NCBI RefSeq assembly: GCF_009914755.1
Contig: NC_060936.1
From: the human T2T-CHM13v2.0 reference genome, Homo sapiens
Strand: one strand, 5' to 3'
Length of the DNA stretch: 64,000 nt
The notes under the pieces: generated by a model
The model's database searches: none
What the model was told of the DNA's origin: nothing
Seen by the model: the letters and a program-made list of their open reading frames with translations, nothing else
Position numbers and translations under genes: made by a program
Shown here: positions 1 through 14,450 of the stretch, in pieces
How the letters are laid out: the number at the start of each line of letters is the position of its first letter
How positions within the stretch are numbered: the first letter of the stretch is position 1

Positions 1-52
1 GCCACTGCACTCCAGCCTGGGTGACAGAGGGAGACTCAGTCTCAAAAAAAAA
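1..52 (+). mobile_element. Alu 3' end, cut by window edge
   Basis: GCCACTGCACTCCAGCCTGGGTGACAGAG...CTC followed by an A tail. Confidence 0.95.
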
Positions 53-243
53 GGAAAGTGTGTCTTTTCAGGCCCCTGACTCCTATGGGCTGAGCAGAAT
101 TTTGCAGAGGGGCCCCAGCCCTGTCCATTGAGGGACTCTTGGCCCCTCTCCTTTCTGGTGACCCTGACTCGTACCCCATGAAGCTGGACGTGGGCAGTGG
201 TGGAGTTCCAGCCCTCACCCCTATTCTGCAGCTAGTTCCAGTA

Positions 244-878
244 CAGCCGGTCCTCACTATTCGTGGTTGCTGTGTTTGCGAATTTGCCTGCTCACCGAAA
301 TGCATCTATAACTCCAAATCCAGTACTCACGACACCTTGGCCGTCACTTGATGCGTGCCGAGTAGCGAGCAACGTGTCTCCCGACACACATGCTCTCAGC
401 TGAGGTTGCACAGGGCAGTGCTCTGCCTCCTGGCGTCAGCTCACACACCCCTGACAAGTGCCCTTTTCACAGTCTGTTTGGTGTCATGCTTTTTGCACTT
501 GTGTGCTTCTTGTTGGTTTTGCTGTTTGCGACGGCATCCTTGTGGAGCGGTGAAGGGCGGGTCTGGTGTTTCTGAGCTGTGGGGTGCCTGATAGAGAAGA
601 TGCGGGTGTTACGGACACTTCGTTCAGCCTGAGTCAGAGAGGCTTTGGCTATGGGATGTGCATGTGGATGAAGCAACATTGGACATTAAACAAGGTGTCT
701 TCAAACAACACACACATAAAGCAAGGTTATGCATTGATCAGTGGATGAAATATTGTGCCTAGAGGCCTGCAGGAACCTAACCCTGTATTTTCCCTGAGAG
801 CAAGGGTTCAGCATTTGTGAATTCAGTGTTCGCAGGGACCTCATAAAACATAACTCCTGCGAATAGCAAGGACTGCTT
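244..878 (-). mobile_element. MER82 (TcMar-Tigger DNA transposon), near full length
   Basis: TA|CAGCCGGTCCTCACTATTCG terminus; internal GGAACCTAACCCTGTATTTTCCC and CAAGGTTATGCATTGATCAGTGGATGAAA match the recalled MER82 consensus in reverse. Confidence 0.8.
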
Positions 879-1199
879 TATCTCTTTTCTGACCCCAAAC
901 TGGATTCAAGTAGGTGCTCTGCAAGCCTGTTCTGAAGCTTCTTTCACTTCTGAATTCCCCGCACCCTCCATGTTGGGTGCCCATTGCTGTCTGTGCAGTG
1001 GAGTTTTGCCAACCACGGGTGCCCACAGATATCCACGGCCTTTGGGCAAACCTGTCAAGAGTGTGTGCCGTGGCTTCTGGAATGCACTGGAATATTCCCT
1101 GGCTGCATGCTGTGCTTCTTTCTGCGGGGCTGTGTGTTACCCACTCCATAAGAGGGAAACAGCTCAGTAACATCCCTACAGCCCATCCTGGGCTATTCA

Positions 1200-1637
<438 letters not shown>

Positions 1638-2659
1638 TTAAAATGGGACCCTACTGTTTTGAATCAAATTCCCTTTAAAAACATAGACTCAATTTCTTTC
1701 CCTTCGTCCTCCCTGCCCCTGCCCCAGGTCTGGAACCATTCTCCCCCATCCCTCCCCGGACCCCAGCCTGCTTCATCACACATCGGGATTGGCCATTCAA
1801 ATTCTCCTTTTACAGGACGTGTGCTGCACCGAAGGGCTTAACATTCCCTCCTTGTTTTCAGTGGGCTGGGGTGTGCAGGGGGCCCCGGGTGGGAGCAGGA
1901 GGCTGAGGAGAGCCTGCTGCGGCAATGAAAGCACCAGGTTCCTCCTCTTTCTCAGGCGCGGCCCCTCCTCTGCCAGGCTGTGCAAGCCAGTTCCGCCTGT
2001 TTACAAGCAGAGGTTGGCTGCCTGCAACCTTTCTAGAGGTGGGAGCAAGCCAGGGGGCTTATCAAAAACTGGGGAGGGGGAACATGGTGCAGGGAGAGTT
2101 GGGGAGGAGGTAGAAGGAGGGGGTGACACCGTCCGGGAGCCTGAGCTTCCATCTGTCCTTGCACAAAAGGACCTGAGCATTCAGTGTGTGTGCGTGTGCA
2201 CACGTGAGCATGTGTGAGCAGCCGTTTGGAGCCATGGAGGAGGGGGGGTGTGGCAGATTAAGGGAGTTCAGCCACAGAAAAGAAAGTTGATAACCAAAGA
2301 ATTTTGTTTGGATTCTTACAGGCAGAGCAAGAAAAGTACCATTTTGTGTGGACGCTATCTTCCTAATATAAAACAGAAACCCAGGGGTCTGGTTTCGTAG
2401 GCAGTGGGTTGGGCCAAGGCCTGTGCAAGATATGGGTTTTCCAGAAACTGAAGTTATAAGGAAAGATGAAATAGTTCTCCCCGGTGCTTCCTCTCCCCAG
2501 ACTCCAGGGCACCGTGGCGTGGTGTGGCCTGGAGTTTTTTCGTGAGGTCGATCCTTCTGGACGGTTCTTTGCCACTCAGGCTAAAATCAGATCCAGAGCT
2601 GGCCTCAGTGGCTGATAAATCTTCTTCCCACATCTGCTTGGGTTGACACAACTTGGAGA

Positions 2660-3237
<578 letters not shown>

Positions 3238-3659
3238 TGAGTTTTCTTAAAAAGAACCTTGGGCACAGAGAACCTCCTGCTTCCCTGGGCGCAGGCCTGG
3301 CGCTGAGGCTGGTGTGGGGAAAGTCGGCCTTGAGAACCAGATTGGGTAGGTGGGGGTGGGTGGAGGGGGAGAGTGGAGGGCAGGCCCGGCCTGCTTCCTG
3401 ATCTTGTCTGCCCGAGCATATCCAAAATAAAATACCGGGGTGACTCGAGCTAGGACGCCTGTCGGCCTGGACATTGAATAAAGACAGCGGCCTTCTCCAC
3501 GTTCCTAGGGACCATTTCTCCTTAGACTCCAAGATCGCCCTGCTTCAGAAGTTTTATCTCCATCTAGGGAGTCCGATCCAACGGAGACGGAATTCACTGG
3601 AAGGAAGAGGCTGCCCTTCTACAGTCTGAGCTTGGTCAAGTGTGACACTGGCAGGGAAC

Positions 3660-3830
3660 TTGATGTGTGCCAGAGACACGCACATTGTCACATTCAACCC
3701 ACCCGACCCTCTGAGGGGGGTGCCTTGATTACCCCCACTTACAGATGGGAAAACAGGCCCAGGGAAGGTATTTATTCCTGGAACTCACCTGGACAGGTGA
3801 GGCTGGGATTCACCTGTGAGATCCAAAACC
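3660..3830 (-). mobile_element. MIR fragment
   Basis: CCCCCACTTACAGATGGGAAAACAGGCCCAGGGAAGG MIR core. Confidence 0.55.
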
Positions 3831-5039
3831 AGCCCTCTCGTTGCTGCGTGTTCATCGCAGCCGTAATAACGGTGGCAGACACACTGCAAATGGCTCCTGG
3901 CCACCATGGCGGAATCTGGCTGAATGGCCATGGAATATTTTTCCCAGGTTTCCCTGGACCTTCTGAGGGCCTTGCTTAGAATACAGTCTCCTTGAGAACA
4001 GAAACAGCACGGGCTCTGCAGAGCAGTCCCCGACTCCAGGCTGGTGCCTGCCCGGTTTGGTTTCCTCCTCCTCTTCCTCCCAGGAGAAGGGAAGGAGCTG
4101 GGTTTCCAGCAGGTTTGAGAAAGGCCAGCAGTTTCTCTTTATAAATCACTCTCCTCTCCTGAAGACAAACGGCTTTCTCCTCCTTCTTGTGTTCCTTTGT
4201 GATTTTTCTCCATTTTAATGCTGCCACGGTTACTTCTTTTAACCTGGTCTAGCTCGTCTGAAAACATTCTGGGGGGTGTCCGTGTATTATGGGGTAACTT
4301 GGAAGTTGCTGCTTATAAATATGTTTCAACTGAGGGCTCCAAAGCCCCCTGGGGATGGCCCTGGCCCTGCCTTACGATCTTGCTGGCCCCCATGTGCCCC
4401 AGGGCATGAGACACGGTCGATAAACCTATTCTGAGTCATCTCCCAGCACCTAGCACAGTTCTTCGCATACCACAGGCTCTCAATAAATATTTGTTGAAGG
4501 AACAAATTGGCTTGCAGTGCCTGACACTGTAGAAAGAATCATTGGGAGAGTCCCTTGGGTGCCACCCTGGAAACACAGCTCACAAATCTGGGACCATCTG
4601 TCAGGCTCCTGGAAGGCCCAGGAAAAAAAAAAAAAGCCATCCATTTTTCCCAAAATAGCACAAACAGGATTTCCTGGAGGGAGCAGAGCGGGGGCGCAGG
4701 CTGTGTTTGGAAATGGAAAATGCAGCCTTGCTCGCATGAGTCCTGCTGGGTTGATTTCTGCTAGGAATCCCGCAGGCTCCCCTGCCCTGGGGTGCTTCTT
4801 GGCATTCAGCGGTGACTTTAGAGCAGGTGGACACAGGGAAATTGGTGAACTGTTAATCCACCTCAAAGAGTTTAATGTGCATGTTGATAAAACTGTCCTT
4901 CACCATGGACAGCCCAAAGGAGTCCCAGGGTCTGCTTGTCTTCGGCCAGTCCCTTCTTCTTCTCCAGGGCCCCTCATGCCTGCTTTCTGCCTGTCTGTCC
5001 CCAAGCCTGGCCCTTGCACCAGAGGTTGCACACGTCGGG

Positions 5040-5250
5040 GAGAGGCGTTACAATGCTTAGACACCCGGGGCTCAAATCCAGGCTCCATCTACCAGGTGTG
5101 TGGTCTTGTGCAGGTACCGCTCTGTGCCTCAGTTTCCTCTTCTGTATCATGGAGATGAGTATCTCCTACTCATAATGAGGTCATGGAGGAAATGAATGGA
5201 GCTAATAAAATAAAGCATTTAGAATAGTGCCTGCATACTCTGTGCTTGCT
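5040..5250 (+). mobile_element. MIR
   Basis: CTCTGTGCCTCAGTTTCCTCTTCTGTATCATGGAGATG...AAAGCATTTAGAATAGTGCCTG. Confidence 0.8.
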
Positions 5251-5393
5251 AAGCGTGAGCTCCTTGGATTTCTGCAGCCTCTGCATGCAGTTCCTCTGCC
5301 CTCCCAGCTCCCATTTCTGCTGAGGGTGTCACCGTCCGCCCACTTGTGTGTCCTGAAGTCTGGGGTCTGCTCACCACCCACATCAGGGCAGTA

Positions 5394-6147
<754 letters not shown>

Positions 6148-6314
6148 CCACCGACTTCCATCTCCAGAATGTCCTTGGAACCCATCACCTTCTTTCCATT
6201 CCAGAGGACACAGCTCAGGCCTTATCATCTGTCTGAGCCTCTCCCGGAACTCACCACCTCCTCACCCTGTCTCTAATCTGTCCTTCCAAGTCATCCTCCA
6301 GATCGCATCAACCT

Positions 6315-6530
6315 AGAACTGTCTTTCCCGGACAGCAGCTGCTATTCACAAGTGACAGCTGAGCATTTGAAATGTGTCCTGTTGGAATTGAGATGAGCTA
6401 AAGTATAAAAGACACACTGGATTTGGCAGACTTAGTATGAAAAAAGAGCAAAATACCCCATCAGCCTTTTCGACATGGATTGTCTACTGAAACAGACGCT
6501 ATCTTGGATATATTGGGTTAAATATGTATC
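6315..6530 (-). mobile_element. MER33 (hAT-Charlie) fragment
   Basis: GAGCATTTGAAATGTG...AAGTATAAAAGACACACTGGATTT...GACTTAGTATGAAAAAA...TTGGATATATTGGGTTAAA. Confidence 0.75.
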
Positions 6531-6554
6531 ACTCTCCGATGATCTGTCTGCCAG

Positions 6555-7060
6555 TGTCAGTTACCTAGACCTGGGTAACAGGCCGCTCCATACACCTAGT
6601 GATTTCAAAGAATGAATCGCTCGTGTTTTTGTGGGTTGGCTCAGAGGTTCCTGTGCTGGTTTCACTTGGGTTCACTAAAGTGTCTGTCTTCAGCCAACAA
6701 TCCCTGGGCTGGAAGATCCGAGATGGCCCCTGGAGAGGGGCCATCTGTACTGGAGAGCACAGATGGCACTGGAGGGCCTGATAGGTGGCTGGTGCCGGCC
6801 TTGGTCTCCCCAGTGTGGTCTCCCGGCCTCCAGTCGGCTGGACTGACTTCCTGGCATGGAGGCCTCAGGGTGCAATTCCAAGAAGATGGGAAGCTGCAGA
6901 CTCTTAAGGCCTGGGCTCTAAGATGATGTCACTTCCACTGCATCCTATTGGTCAAAGCCAGTCACACAGCCAGCCCAGATTCCAGGAAGTAGAGAATAGA
7001 CTCCACCTCTAGGAAGGAGGAGCAACTAAGCCACACTGCAAAGGGGCCTGCCTATTCTGT
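6555..7060 (-). mobile_element. MLT1G/H-like MaLR LTR
   Basis: TCACTTCCACTGCATCCTATTGGTCAAAGCCAGTCACA...GCCCAGATTC...ATAGACTCCACCTCT. Confidence 0.7.
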
Positions 7061-8672
7061 GGCCATGGAAGAGTCTTCTGCCCAGCCTTTGACTCCTCTG
7101 TCCACACGGGATCAAGCCCACCCTCCCCCCACTCACTCCTTTCTGTGCTAGCCCCCGGCCTACCATGCCCAAGCCGCCTGTGGCCAATACCTGCCTGGCC
7201 TCTCCCCATGGAACCCCCAAACTAGGGCCGTCTGGTCAACCCTTCTCATGGACAACAGCCTGGCACCTAAGATGCATTGGCGGGCAAGAACAGAGATGTC
7301 TCTCGCCATCCCTCTCGCACCTGCTTTCACCCACTCCCACGCCCCTGCATGCCCAGGCTCTCCCTGTGATTCAGGTATCTGCCCATCATTTTCTCCTCCC
7401 CTGGCCCTATCGACACAAATGCACAACACTCCGTGCTCCCTCCTGGCTGCAGAGTAGCCGTCTCTCTTTCAGGGAGACTGGGAGATGGTTGATTGGCGCC
7501 CACATTCTCAGAGTCTCAGACAACAGTCCCTTCAACCTGGGTTCCAGAATAAACACGGCGGTTGACTGGGTTTTCTCAGGCTGAGTGAAGGTGGAGAGAG
7601 GTTTCTGTTTGTTGCTTTTGAGTTGGCTGCTGGGCTGTAAAGACTCACAAAGGGTCCAATGTTCTGTCCCCATGATTCAAGCATACTCACGGATTTTTTT
7701 TGCCTCCGGGTTACTTTATCAACAGGCCACCGGCACAGCGCCTACTTTATTTTCTCAGGTGTCATGTAAACCCATCAGGCTTCTCAAAAGAAGGAAGCTG
7801 GCAGCCTTGACTTCAACAGCATCTCCCAGCCTCCCTTCTCATACAGGGCTTTTCTAAGAGCATAACGGCTATTGATGCCGCGAGCAGACAGACCCGCCGT
7901 CGAAGTCTTCCAGCCTCAAAACATTCAACAAGTCACTTCTTTTTCTTGGATCAAGGGGCCTGGCCAAGGAGGGGCCGAGCCAAGCTTTCAAGAAGAGGTT
8001 AAGAGTGAGCTGGCAGGATGCGGTGGTTTATTCTGCCAGGCAGGAGGAACGCACAGGCGAGGCCGTGTGCTCAGGGGACCAGCCTCAGGGAGGACGAGGA
8101 TGAGGAGGCTGTAGGCTGGGCTGGGGGTGGGGCAGGGAGGAAAGATGGCCAAGGGAAATTGAACAGGTTTTGGAATCAGCCAGATTCACTCATTCATTCA
8201 GTTAGACCAGGGGTCAGTGTTCTGATCACCTCTTATTCACCACACTGATGAAGGCCCTACCTTACATAGCATGAGACAGCTGCAGCGCCCAACGCTGGAC
8301 AGATGAGGCTGGCAGCAGTTTGTTGATTGCATATACTCATAGCCTGGAGAAGGTGCACACCTCGTGCCACTCGGGGTTACACTGGAGAGCACAGGCAACC
8401 CACAGGGGCCATGGGCGGCAGGCTTAGTAGTAACTAGAGGATGGGGTGACCCTTGGTTCTGTGGGAGGATGTGATGGGCTTGTTTGAATAATGTCACGTG
8501 CTGGCAGGGAGGTGACGCCTGCTAGGCTGAGGACTGAGTGGATGTGTGAGGGACTTTCCTGCTAGATGCGGGGAGCATTTCCGGTGAGAGCAGGGGAATC
8601 CATGGTCAGACCTTTGAGGTCCTGCAAGGCCCCAAGATGTCAAGGCAGCACTTGAGATTGTAGATCTTGCAA

Positions 8673-9030
8673 TACGATCAGCAAACTTGTTTTGTAAAGG
8701 GTCAAGTAATATTTTAGACCCGGAGAGCCAGGAGACAAAATCAGGCATAATATATAGACCCATATAACATGAGGTAGAACAAATTGACGCCAAATGTTTA
8801 TTGACAAAATTCAAAATATAGTCATTATAATTGAATATGATGTTTTACAGTCAAAGTCTCCTATTGAGAAGAATGGAATTCTTTTGGGAGCTGAGGAATA
8901 ACATTTTGCTGAATGGGAGTTTAAAGTTAGTGTCCGATGTTCATGCAAAATTCATCCTTAGCTCACGGGCCGTGCAAAGCAGGCAGTAGCGCAGGCTGGA
9001 TGTGGCTGGTGGGCTCCTTTGGATAAGTCT
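8673..9030. mobile_element. MER58D-like hAT-Charlie element
   Basis: CAGCAAACTTGTTTTGTAAAGGGTCAAGTAATATTTTAG start; CTTAGCTCACGGGCCGTGCAAAGCAGG end. Confidence 0.7.
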
Positions 9031-9500
9031 TTACCCTATGCTGGGTGCCGCACTAGGCTGCCGGTGGATGAGGCAATCATTTTGTGCTCAGTTATTCATA
9101 GTCTGGGTGATAGGGGGACACACAAGTAAACAGCAAGGACAAATCAATATCATCAGGACGTGTTGGCAACTCTGCCAAGGAGATTCTAGTGCCTCTTGGT
9201 GATATTGGAGAAGGCTTCCTAAGAAGGACCCCTTAGGAAGGAACTTCGAGATGCAACTGGTGTTTGTACATTTTTGCTGTGTGTGTGTGTGTGATCCACA
9301 TTTATGCCTTAGGAAGGTCACATTCACGGCTGTTAGAAAGCTGGACTGCAAGAGATGGAGACCAAGAGGGATGCTATTGCAATCACCCTGGGGAGAAATG
9401 AGGAAAGCTCGTTCCAAGGGAGAGGTGGTGGAAATGAAAAAGGAAGGTGCGAACAAGAGAGGTTTACAAAGTACAGCCAACAGCAGATGGGTTGCTGGGG
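9030..9500 (-). mobile_element. L2 fragments
   Basis: GAGAAGGCTTCCTAAGAAGG, AGGAAGGTCACATTCACGGCTG and GCTATTGCAATCACCCTGGGGAGAAATGA L2 motifs. Confidence 0.65.
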
Positions 9501-9892
9501 CTGTAAGAGCCTCTGAAGCGGACAGAGCAAGAGTCAGAAAAGGAAGAAACTGAAGCAATGCAGGGAACAGAGAGGCAGAAGCTGTGGCCATCCAGGGTGG
9601 GACACCAGGGTCTAAGATTTCAGAGCTGGGCCAAGTCTGGATATTGAGAAGGTCCAGTATGTGGGCTCAGGAAAGAGTCGCTGCGGTAGATTGGAAGGGA
9701 GAGTCCTCAAAACAAAAGAAGTCAAGGATATTTGACCTGAAAATATTAGGTGATTGTGTGCGTGTGTGGAAGGAGCTGGGTGTGGGGGAGTTTCTGGGCC
9801 AGGCACGGAGCTTGGTCAGGCTTTCCTGTTAGCTGCTGCTGTGTAACAAGCATCCCTGGTTCAGCTTAGTGCTGAAGACAATTTGTTATATA

Positions 9893-10069
9893 TGCAATAG
9901 CCCATAACCTAAGAATGGATTTTGTATGAACATTTGGTTATACGGGATACTGGCTTTAAACTCCCATTCAGCAAAATATTATTCCTGAGCTCCCAAAAAG
10001 AATTCCGTTCTTCTCAACAATAGATTTTTACTATAAAACATTGTATTCAATTATAATTACTATATTTTG
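9893..10069. repeat. Inverted partial copy of the MER58D-like segment at 8811-8970
   Basis: Reverse complement aligns at roughly 80%; 9954-9977 is an exact 24-bp reverse complement of 8903-8926. Confidence 0.9.
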
Positions 10070-10249
10070 CAATAGCATATGTAATAAATATGTAACAAAT
10101 TATCTTCTTTGTATTGCTTGTATTGCTGGCCTGAGACACCCTTCTCCAGATTACTGGTGTGACTTTGGCCTTTGCATCTTTACCCAGACGTCCCGGGCGG
10201 GGTGCGGGGGGCTTCCTTTAAGCAGTCCCCGCTCTGCCTCTTCCACCGC

Positions 10250-10885
10250 CACAGCCTCAGCACTCCAGTTGCTTTCTCCCTGCCCCACCGTTTCTTGTTT
10301 GCGTTGCCCTTTGTTACCTTCTAACACTTAAGAGAATGTATTTATTAGAGGATTGTTTATTGCTCAGCTTCTTTCACTCCTGGTTCCCTGTTGGTTCCAT
10401 GAGAACGGGGATCTTTGTCAATTTCATTCACTGATGTATTCCAGTGCCTGGCACCTACCTGGTCCATGCTCAATAAGCCGAGGCTGGCCTCAGACCACCT
10501 GTCGCCTGATCAGAGAGGCTGTCTGCGGCCGTCTCCCCAAAGCTGCTCTTCCATTCAAGTCCCTTCTATCTCATTATCCCAATTTATTATCTTCCCAGGG
10601 GCACTTATCTAATACCGTTCTTGTTTATTTAATTACTGCTTTACTGCCTGTTCCCGTGGCTGGAATATAAGTGTCATGCTACCAGGAAAAGCTTCTGTCA
10701 ATGTCCCATCCCTAAAACAGTGCCTGGCACATAGTAGATGCACATTCGGTGTTTTCTGGAAGTGTCTGTCAAATGCCTGGCACTATCAACCTGCTTCCCA
10801 CTAAACTCTGAGACCCAATTCACCACCACACCTCATGCACAGCCTTGCGTACGCAGCCCTTGGTCAATATTTGCTGAATGATTGG
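10250..10885 (+). mobile_element. Tandem L2 3'-end fragments
   Basis: TTCCATGAGAACGGGGATCTTTGTC...; AACAGTGCCTGGCACATAGTAGATGC; CAATATTTGCTGAATGA. Confidence 0.7.
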
Positions 10886-11449
10886 TATTTCCATTTACCT
10901 GCCTCAAGATAGAGGGCTAGGTGGAAGGATTTCAAATTCTCTCTTTCAGCACGATGGTTCTTTTGGATCAAGGGAGCCCAAAGGCAGGAATGTGAGGCGC
11001 CCAGAGTCCCCTCCTGCCCAGCCGGTCCACAATGTTGCTTTTCACGTCTTCTCTGATGCAGCCGTGTGCCAGCCCTTAGGAGCGGCTGGGCCGGGCCTTC
11101 CTATGTGTCAGGGCCCACAGTGGAGCCTTGTTTCCCCTCAGTCCTCTGCGTGAACCGTGCTGGCTGGCTAGAGCCTCCCTGGGTCCTGGCTCCAGCTCTG
11201 TGGCAGAGACTTAGAGCCCGTGTCTGCTTTCTGTCTCATTGCAGATTTGTGGGAAGTGATGCGTGAACGTGTGTGATCAGGGAGAGGCTAGATGGCCACA
11301 ACTCCTGGAAAATGAGTCCTGCTTCTCGTAAGATGCGTGTTCCGGTCTGCAGCCTCGCCCCCCACACACTGGTTATTCCCAATTACCTGTAGAACCTGTT
11401 ATGTATTCTATCTTCCCATATTCCCCAAACAGCCCCTTTTTTATCCTAG

Positions 11450-11687
11450 AGATGTCTGACTCAGCAATTAAATTCAGCCAAAAAGCTGCCTCCTCCAGGA
11501 AGTCGCCCCTGAATGCCTCCTGCTTATCTGCATTACATATTTTCTCTGACTTTTCAGGGCTTACACTCGTTTGTTTGCTTGTGTCCCACTAGATTATGAG
11601 TTCCTGGGGACAGGGCCTGGAATTTCCAGCACCTCGTGGGCCTGAGTGATTGTTTGGGAATGAATGAATAAACAAGTGAGTGAGTGA
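11450..11687 (+). mobile_element. L2 3' fragment
   Basis: CCTCCTCCAGGAAG...CCCACTAGATTATGAGTTCCTGGGGACAGGG...GAATGAATGAATAA. Confidence 0.7.
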
Positions 11688-11791
11688 CAGCTCTTATAGC
11701 AGCCATATCAGCCGTATATCGTCTTGGAGTCTTGATTTGCCTGTTTGTTCTATGAGGGCTGGCCTGATGGTTTTTCTAAAATCCTTTAGCC

Positions 11792-11990
11792 CAGCTGTTT
11801 TCAGTTGGGTTTTTTTTTTTCTCCTCAGGAGACATTTGTCAGTGGCTGGAGACATGTTTGGGTGTCACAGCTGGGTGAGGGAGCTCTCCTGGCATCTGAT
11901 GGGTAGAGGCCAGTGATGCTGCTGAGGCTCAGCCCCATAGCAAAGGGCGATCCAGCCCGAATTTCAGCAGTGCCCAGGCTGAGAAACCCT
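11792..11990. mobile_element. MER20
   Basis: GGAGACATTTGTCAGTGGCTGGAGACATGTTTGGGTGTCACAGCTGG...GGGTAGAGGCCAGTGATGCTGCT...GCTGAGAAACCCT. Confidence 0.85.
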
Positions 11991-12212
11991 ACTAGCCATT
12001 TCTATGATGTTTTCCTTTCAGTCTGGGACCCAGGGAGGGAGACTGGTACAAAGAAATAGACAATATCACCAAGTTCTGGGAGTGTACATAGAGGCAGTGA
12101 GGACAGAATGGTGACTTCTTTTGTACCTATCAGTATTCTTCATTTTGTGTATAACATTTCCAAGTCCACGAGCTACATGGTACAGACCTCCCCGAGTTAT
12201 TTCCCAAGGCCA

Positions 12213-12663
12213 GTGTATCAGTTACATATGCTGTGTAACAAAACATCCCAATACATAATGGCTTGTAGCAATGGCCACTTATTCTTATTCACGAGTCTAT
12301 TGGTTGGCTGGGCAGTTCTGCTGATGGGGCTGGGTTCAGCTGACCTCCGTGCCTCTATGGGCAGCTGGTGAGTCAGCTGGGGGCTGGTTGGTTCAACGTG
12401 GCCTCAGCTGCGACGACTCAGTTCCATGGGGTCTCTTCTCCATGGGAGCTTGTTCCCATGGCACAGGCAGGTGCCTAAGGCTCAGAACTGGGCTACCACC
12501 ACCTCTCCCATATCCCATTGGCCAAAACAAGTCACATAGCTGGGCCCAAAGCAAGAAATAGACTCTGCCTCCTAAAGGGAGAAGGTGCAAAGTCACTATG
12601 AAAAGGAGTGTGGATATAGGGAGGGGTGAGAATTGGGGTCATTTTTGCAATCAATCTGCCCCA
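12213..12663 (-). mobile_element. MLT1G/H-like MaLR LTR
   Basis: TGTATCAGTTACATATGCTGTGTAACAAAACATCCC...GAATTGGGGTCATTTTTGCAATCAATCT. Confidence 0.8.
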
Positions 12664-12883
12664 GTCAATTAAGTACAGTTTGTTTTGTTCGTTCCCCTCC
12701 CAACTCCTGACTTTCCTAATTGTACTCACAGCCTCTGGATGAGCTGAACCACCCTAGAAATTGGCCCTTACATTTCTTCACGCATTTGATGTATTCTGTT
12801 AAACGGTGACCTGTGTGATTCTGACTACCATAGCGATATCTGACTCCCTCCCTCCCCAGATGGAGAATCTCACCCACCCAAAT

Positions 12884-12904
12884 AGACAGACAGACAGACA
12901 GACA

Positions 12905-12947
<43 letters not shown>
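12884..12947. repeat. Compound (CAGA)n(CA)n microsatellite
   Basis: Directly visible. Confidence 0.97.
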
Positions 12948-12949
<2 letters not shown>

Positions 12950-13454
12950 CATTCCTGCCTGGCTGGCTGCCCAGAAACACATCAAACTGAACCTATCCCT
13001 GAACAAACTCCCATCACCATCCACCTCCCTAAGCTTCAGTTTCAGTTTGTGGCCTCACCATCCGCTTACCCAAGCCAGAAATGTCGGCGTCCTCCTCCTC
13101 CACATCCAGTCGATACCCAAGCTCTGCCAGTGCTACTTCCCAAATATTTTTTGGACCTAATGCTGCTAAGGTTTGCAAACTCTTCATCTCTCAGTTGGAT
13201 ATAGCAATAGCCTTTTAAATCATGTCCTCCCCTCTTGGATTGTCCCCTCCCCCGTTAAATCAGTAAAGCCATCCTTTATCCTGAGAAACACACCCTGACA
13301 GTATTGCTTGATAAGGGGTGAAGACTTCTGTGTTGTTAGATGGAATTACAACCACAAATGTCCGGATCATGCCCCACCCATTACCTCTCCTGTGCACGGG
13401 TGTCCCAGAGGAGCTGTGCACCCAGAATTGATATCAGAAGAGGAATTAACACAA

Positions 13455-14117
13455 AGCTTTATTGTTAGCTGGATCGGGCTAGTAATGAGATCCACAGCTC
13501 CATCTCCCCAGGAGAGGGGCCAGAGGTTGGCCTGGGGTTGGGAGAGGAGCTGCAGGTACCCCCTTCTCTATTTTACTCCCTATTTCAACTCTCCAGGGCT
13601 CCCTCTGCTCTCCTTGGATGGTTGGTCTTGGAAACCAGCCACCATGCTGTAAGGAAGCACAAGCGGCCGCCTGGAGAGGCCACGTGTAAGTGCTCCAGCT
13701 GATAAATCTGGCTGAGGTTCCAGCCAATAAGCGGCATCAGCTCCTAGATGTGTGAGTGAGTGATTATTATTTTAGATTTCAGATCTGAAAACTTCAGATT
13801 GTTTTGGATTATTTCAGACCTGAGCTGCAGACATCATGAAGCAGAGATAAGCTACCCTCACCATGCCCTTTAATTCCATGAACCACCAAGTTTGGAGTGG
13901 TTCATTATTTGGCAAACATAACCAGACTGAAGGCCATGGGGTTTGGGTATTATTCTATAAGGAGTAGAAGGAGCCCTGAGTAGTTGAAATGGGGAGCAAA
14001 ATAGAGAAGGAGATACCTACAGCTCCTCTCCCAACCCCAGGCCAGCCTCTGGCCCTTTCCCAGGGAGGAGGAGCTGTGAATCTGATTACTGGCCCTGACC
14101 CAGCTAACAATAAAGCT
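13455..14117. repeat. Inverted repeat: arms 13455-13610 and 13962-14117, ~350-bp spacer
   Basis: Manual alignment gives about 21 substitutions and 2 indels over ~156 bp; 13528-13552 is an exact 25-bp reverse complement of 14020-14044. Confidence 0.95.
13615..13928 (+). mobile_element. MLT1E/F-like LTR 3' portion (spacer of the inverted repeat)
   Basis: GAAACCAGCCACCATGCTGTAAGGAAGC...GAGGCCACGTG...GACATCATGAAGCAGAGATAAGC...CCAAGTTTGGAGTGGTT. Confidence 0.7.
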
Positions 14118-14137
14118 GTATGTTTTACGCTGCTTGA

Positions 14138-14450
<313 letters not shown>

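Noticed and set aside
4517-5158. 213-aa ORF, and similar 200-aa ORFs at 19273, 35313, 43849 and 54462
   Set aside because: No recognisable domain, most lack an ATG start, and most overlap repeats.
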